Virus record (IMG/VR): IMGVR_UViG_3300025869_000011
Coordinates: 1 to 64,000 of that record
DNA from: a virus
DNA: 64,000 nucleotides
Reading direction: 5' to 3' (one strand)
Position numbers and translations under genes: made by a program. Of the stretch, positions 59,596-64,000 are shown one piece after another. A model generated the notes under the pieces. It was given only the letters and a program-made list of their open reading frames with translations, searched no databases and was not told where the DNA came from. Numbering within the stretch: position 1 is the stretch's first letter; each line of letters opens with the position of its first letter.

Positions 59596-59608
59596 ATAAA
59601 TAGATTGA

Positions 59609-62600
59609 ATGGCTATAGTAACTCTTAAAGATTTAATGGATCCTTTGTCAAAGATAGAGGCAGCTGCACAACAAACTAATGAAAAGTTAGATGCTATTGT
59701 AGCAGTCTCTGTTGGTGCTTCTCAAAACGGAGTAGCTATTATTGATGAGTTACAAAAACAGACGATGTTACTATCTGAGTTAGTTAGAACCAATCAAGAA
59801 ATTGACGCTCAGACTGGTGCCAGTATTACTAAGAGTAGTATACAATTACTTTCTCTTAGAAAGATTCTTAAAGCAATTCAGAAAGGTAATAAAGATGATG
59901 AGACAAGTTCTAAAGGTAGTTCTATTGGAGGGCCTGGTAATAAAGTAGAAAAGGCTGGTGAGCTGTTGCAGATGTTAGGTGTAGGTTCTTTAAAAACTGC
60001 AAAAGGAATGATGCTATGGGCTTTAGTACCAGCAAAGGGTGTTACTAAGTTTACTGAGTTTATAAAATCTACATTTGAAAAATTAGCCGAAACTGACACT
60101 AAGAAAGCTAAAGAAGGTATTGAAGCATTAGATTTAATGGGAGGTGCAATTTTAAAATTCTCAAAGGCATTAGCCATATCAGCACTATTAATAATTCCTG
60201 GTATGATAGCTATACCGTTTTTGGCTGTATCTATATTAGCGATGGGTGGTATAATGTCTCTATTAGGATCACCTAAATTTAATAAGCGTATTAAAGCAGG
60301 TGGTGAATCTGTTGATATTATGGGTGATGCTATAAAAAAGTTTGCTATAGGATTAGCATTATTTTCGCTAGTTGCACCGCTTGCAGTAATTACCGCACCA
60401 CTCATGGCTGTTTCTATGTTATTAATAGGTGGAGTTGTTTCTTTATTAGGATCACCTAAATTTAGTAAAAGAATACGTGCCGGCTCTACTTCATTATCTA
60501 GAATGGGTAATGCTTTAATAAAATTTACCGTAGGTTTAGTTGTCTTGGCATTAGCAACGGCGGTTATTGCGTCCAATCCTATATTAATAGCTTTAATGGC
60601 AGGTTCTATAGCATTAATAGGTGGGGCAGTTGCTCTCCTGGGTGGTAAAAAAATGTCTAAACGAGTTAGAGCAGGTACTAAGAATCTTGCATTGTTAGGT
60701 TTAGGTATTGCTTTATTTGGTTTAGGTTATGGTGTATTTGCAAAGGCATTTCCAGAAAAAGCTACATTTAAACAAGTATTGGTTCAGGCTGCTGCTATTG
60801 GTGGTATTGGTTCTGCTGTTGGTTTAATAGGGAAGTTTAAAGTTAAAACTATGGCTTCAGGTGCAGCAGCATTAGGCTTAATAGGATTAGCGTTACCAAT
60901 ATTTACAAAAGGATATAAACCCTTTGCAGCGGCTACGAAAGGTATGGATGTTGAAGATGTAGGGATACAGGTTGCTGCGTTATTCGGTATTGGTTTAGCA
61001 ACAGTTCTTATAGGTAAATTTGGTCTTAAAAATATTGCACAAGGTGCATTATCATTTGCATTGACGGGTATTGCTTTAACTATATTTAATTATGGTTATA
61101 TACCTTTTGCTTTAGCAACAGAAGGAATGAGTCTTGAAGATGTTGGTATGCAATTAGCTGTTTTAGGTGGTATTGGAACTGTTATGTCTGTCGCTGGTAT
61201 AGCAGTAGCTGCTTCTGGTGGATCTGCTATGTTAGGGCCTGCATTATTTGCTGCCGCAGGTGGTTCCTTATTAGCTTTAGCACCAGGTCTACAAGGAATG
61301 AGAGATTTAAATTATACCAAGGAAGATGGTATAGCATTAGCTACTACTTTAGGTGCAGTTGCAATGGCATTTGCTGGTACTGCACCAGGTGAAGGTGAAG
61401 AAGGTGGTCTTTGGAGTGGAATTAAAGGAGCCTTTAGTAGAGTAGGTGAATCAGGCGCTGGTCTTGCTGCCGCTGCTATGTATGCTGCTGCTGGTTTAGC
61501 ATTACAGGAATTGGCAGAAGGTTTATCTGCATTTTCAAAAATAAACTTTACTACAAAAGAATCTGAAAAGCTCGGATTAGCATTAGGAACAATAACTGCC
61601 GCGTTTGCTCAAGCAGGTGGAGAAGCAGCAGATCCTGGTGGTGCACTTGGGGCAGTCTTTGGAAATACATTTAGCTCAAATGCTGTTGAGAAAGGTATAG
61701 ATTCTGTAATGGATGCAGGTGAGGCGTTAACAAATATAGCCACTGGATTAAATGCATTCACTGGTATTAAAGATCCTGAAGGTTTAGCTACAAAAATTAA
61801 AGGTGTGGTAGGGTTAGTTGGTGAAGCCTTTGCTGCAGTAGGTGGTGCAGAAGATAAGGATGGTGGTAGTTTCTTAGGATTTACTTGGGATGAAAATATT
61901 ATAGAAAAAGGAATTGATGCAGTTGATGGTGCAGGTGATGCACTAGCACAAATAGCAAAAGGTCTTAATAGTTTTGCTGGTGTTAAAGATCCTAAATTAG
62001 TAGCTAAAAAGGTATCTGATACATTAACTTTAATTGGTGGAGCCTTTATGAGTATAGGTGGTAAAAAGGAAGAAGACTCGGCATTGTTTGGTTTAATCAG
62101 TTGGGATGAAAATGCAGTAAACGAAGGTATTGAAGCCGTTGATGGTGCAGGTGAGGCATTGCTTGATATTGCAGAAAGCCTAGTTAAATTTGAAGGTTTA
62201 AAAAACCCTGAGAAAGTAGCAGAAGGTATTAAAAAAATATTTACATCAATAGGTGATACTTTTATACATTTCTATTCACAAGATAATTTTTCTCGTGATG
62301 TAGATCATATGAAAGGATTTATATCTCAATTAGCCGAAGCTGCTGGTTCAGGTGAATTGGCCACAGCAGCAACAGACTTAGATAATATTGCAGCTGCAAT
62401 AAATTCTGTGGATATTTACAAAGCAGAAGCATTAGGTAATTTGTTTAAAGGCGCTAGTGATTTAGGTAATAATAGATCTGCGTATGAAGACTTACAAGGT
62501 GCAGTTGAAGAAATCCGAGATTTATTAAGTGAATCTACTGGCGGCACAACAACTGGCGGCACAACAACTGGCGGCACAGGAGAAACTGGAAATACTAATA

Positions 62601-62710
62601 TGAACAGTGCATTCCGAAAACTAACAGGAACTCTGTCTAGGATGGAAAGTACACTAAGCTCCTTACCTAATGAAATTAGAGCTATTAAATTAGAGCTACC
62701 TGAAGGATAA
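59609..62710 (+). CDS. Tape measure protein
   Basis: 1033 aa, Ala/Gly-rich helical and hydrophobic repeats, downstream of tail chaperones. Confidence 0.8.
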   Translation: MAIVTLKDLMDPLSKIEAAAQQTNEKLDAIVAVSVGASQNGVAIIDELQKQTMLLSELVRTNQEIDAQTGASITKSSIQLLSLRKILKAIQKGNKDDETSSKGSSIGGPGNKVEKAGELLQMLGVGSLKTAKGMMLWALVPAKGVTKFTEFIKSTFEKLAETDTKKAKEGIEALDLMGGAILKFSKALAISALLIIPGMIAIPFLAVSILAMGGIMSLLGSPKFNKRIKAGGESVDIMGDAIKKFAIGLALFSLVAPLAVITAPLMAVSMLLIGGVVSLLGSPKFSKRIRAGSTSLSRMGNALIKFTVGLVVLALATAVIASNPILIALMAGSIALIGGAVALLGGKKMSKRVRAGTKNLALLGLGIALFGLGYGVFAKAFPEKATFKQVLVQAAAIGGIGSAVGLIGKFKVKTMASGAAALGLIGLALPIFTKGYKPFAAATKGMDVEDVGIQVAALFGIGLATVLIGKFGLKNIAQGALSFALTGIALTIFNYGYIPFALATEGMSLEDVGMQLAVLGGIGTVMSVAGIAVAASGGSAMLGPALFAAAGGSLLALAPGLQGMRDLNYTKEDGIALATTLGAVAMAFAGTAPGEGEEGGLWSGIKGAFSRVGESGAGLAAAAMYAAAGLALQELAEGLSAFSKINFTTKESEKLGLALGTITAAFAQAGGEAADPGGALGAVFGNTFSSNAVEKGIDSVMDAGEALTNIATGLNAFTGIKDPEGLATKIKGVVGLVGEAFAAVGGAEDKDGGSFLGFTWDENIIEKGIDAVDGAGDALAQIAKGLNSFAGVKDPKLVAKKVSDTLTLIGGAFMSIGGKKEEDSALFGLISWDENAVNEGIEAVDGAGEALLDIAESLVKFEGLKNPEKVAEGIKKIFTSIGDTFIHFYSQDNFSRDVDHMKGFISQLAEAAGSGELATAATDLDNIAAAINSVDIYKAEALGNLFKGASDLGNNRSAYEDLQGAVEEIRDLLSESTGGTTTGGTTTGGTGETGNTNMNSAFRKLTGTLSRMESTLSSLPNEIRAIKLELPEG
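62537..62578 (+). repeat. 15-bp tandem repeat (TGGTT x~3)
   Basis: actggcggcacaaca x2.8. Confidence 0.9.
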
Positions 62711-62796
62711 TTAAAAATTTCTTAAAACCTTTTCCTACTTTAGCTATATAAAATTAACAGAGAGTTTCTGGAAATAGTATAGTTTAAAAGTATAAT

Positions 62797-63594
62797 ATGG
62801 AAAATGTAAAAAACATAGTTTGGTTTGACTTAGAAACCACAGGAGTAAATACAAGTAGCGATAGAATTATCGAGATTGCAATGATAAAAACCGATTCTGA
62901 AGGAAATGAAATAGATTCTTTTCAGTCATTAGTTAATCCCGGCCCTGATGCTGTTATGAGAGAGGAAGCTCAAGACAAGCATGGAATATCACCAGATCAA
63001 TTAAAAGATGCACCACAATTTGATTTAATAGCAAAAGAAGTTTTAGACTTTATTGATGATAGTGACTTAGGTGGATATAATGCACTTTATTTTGATGTAC
63101 CAATGCTCGTAGAGGAATTTATGAGAAGTGGTATTGCATTCTCACATCGACAAAGAGCTGTAGTAGATCCCTTTTTAATTTATTCAAAATATGAACGTAG
63201 AGATTTGAGTACTGCATATAAAAAATATACAGGAAAGGATTTGGAAGGCGCTCATAGAGCCGATGTTGATATTCGTGCAACAATGGAAATATTCCAAAAG
63301 CAAAAAGAACTTTATGATATGCCTACAACAGCAAAAGAAATTGATGATGTTGTAAATGAATCACGAAAAGATCAAGTTGACTTAAGTGGTAAATATAAAT
63401 TTGCTGAAATAAATGGTAAACGAGAAATCGTATTTAACTTTGGTAAAAACAAAGGTAAGCCGTTTAAAGAAGTTTATGAAACAGATGCAAGATACATTCA
63501 ATGGATTATTGATAAGGGAGAATTTTCAAAAGAAGTAAAAATCATATCTCGTAAACTCTTAGAGAAAATGCGAGCAGAAAATCCTGTTTTGTAA
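62797..63594 (+). CDS. DEDDh 3'-5' exonuclease (DnaQ-like)
   Basis: FDLETTG, YN..FD, HRADVD, FNFGK.KG. Confidence 0.92.
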   Translation: MENVKNIVWFDLETTGVNTSSDRIIEIAMIKTDSEGNEIDSFQSLVNPGPDAVMREEAQDKHGISPDQLKDAPQFDLIAKEVLDFIDDSDLGGYNALYFDVPMLVEEFMRSGIAFSHRQRAVVDPFLIYSKYERRDLSTAYKKYTGKDLEGAHRADVDIRATMEIFQKQKELYDMPTTAKEIDDVVNESRKDQVDLSGKYKFAEINGKREIVFNFGKNKGKPFKEVYETDARYIQWIIDKGEFSKEVKIISRKLLEKMRAENPVL

Positions 63595-63664
63595 ATTGTT
63601 AATAACTTTTAGAAAAAAGATCTCATTTTATTTTCAATTCCCAATTAAATTGATTATATTTATA
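63595..63664 (+). promoter_or_regulatory. Early-type promoter module (second copy)
   Basis: Shares ATTGTTAATAACTTTT, TTCCCAATT and ATTATATTTATA with 3577-3657. Confidence 0.65.
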
Positions 63665-63686
63665 ATATAATTAAATAACACGGAAT

Positions 63687-63983
63687 ATGTCTAAATATCA
63701 AGAACTACTACAAAATCCTCCAAGGCTAACAGTAAAGAAAGATGCAAGAGAGGTAATCATTAAGACGGTAAGTTGTATGTGTGACAATGTACATTACCTT
63801 AAACTTAAGAAAAATTCAGAAGGTGATTTTAAAATGTCAGGTGGCGGATTTGCTTTATCTAATTGGCAAATGAAACATACATCACATGATATTGAATGGA
63901 TTGCAGATGAAGGTAAGTGGAATCAGGTATTTAGAATGATTAATACTGGAACAGAAAAAATTGAATCTTTAAAAAGTAGATAA
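63687..63983 (+). CDS. Hypothetical protein
   Basis: ORF after the early-type module. Confidence 0.7.
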   Translation: MSKYQELLQNPPRLTVKKDAREVIIKTVSCMCDNVHYLKLKKNSEGDFKMSGGGFALSNWQMKHTSHDIEWIADEGKWNQVFRMINTGTEKIESLKSR

Positions 63984-64000
63984 TGGCAATAACAACTAAA

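Noticed and set aside
59878-60576. 232-aa antisense ORF (and the other short minus-strand ORFs in the track)
   Set aside because: They shadow well-supported plus-strand genes and show no motifs or promoter context
1-64000. Stop-codon reassignment as in some jumbo phages
   Set aside because: Core genes are full length in code 11; TAG (15955, 27848) and TGA both end genes at sensible boundaries
1-64000. tRNA or rRNA genes
   Set aside because: Intergenic gaps are short and I saw no cloverleaf/T-loop signature; tRNAscan was not run

Overview
This is a 64-kb segment of a large, AT-rich T4-superfamily myovirus (jumbo-phage-like), almost entirely coded on the + strand in the standard code. The host is probably Bacteroidota/Flavobacteriia: starts have A-rich leaders without Shine-Dalgarno sequences, early promoters resemble TAnnTTTG, and there is an Hc1-like histone gene. 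The window holds the core replication/recombination genes (split family-B polymerase, probable clamp, clamp loader, gp41, UvsX, gp46/47, RNase H, NrdAB, gp56) and the morphogenesis genes (portal, protease-scaffold, capsid, terminases, sheath, tube, tape measure). Highlights: (1) a 7-gene operon (HAD, kinase, NTP-transferase, GT-B, epimerase, atypical C5-MTase, GT-A) lies inside the 15-kb gap of the split polymerase. Three of its enzymes carry a K-[VI]-[KN]-S-[LVI]-[FI] peptide resembling the polymerase C-terminal tail, suggesting a sliding-clamp-tethered DNA hypermodification system. (2) A separate KdsA + PglF/D/E + GT2 + Maf-like transferase set and a Thr-rich collagen fibre suggest virion protein glycosylation. 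(3) An unannotated 21-aa, 9-Cys metallothionein-like peptide. (4) A close NEIL1-type glycosylase. (5) A readable three-tier promoter system with two phage sigma factors. (6) A candidate +1 frameshift upstream of the tape measure gene. All functional calls come from motif recognition by eye; no searches were run.
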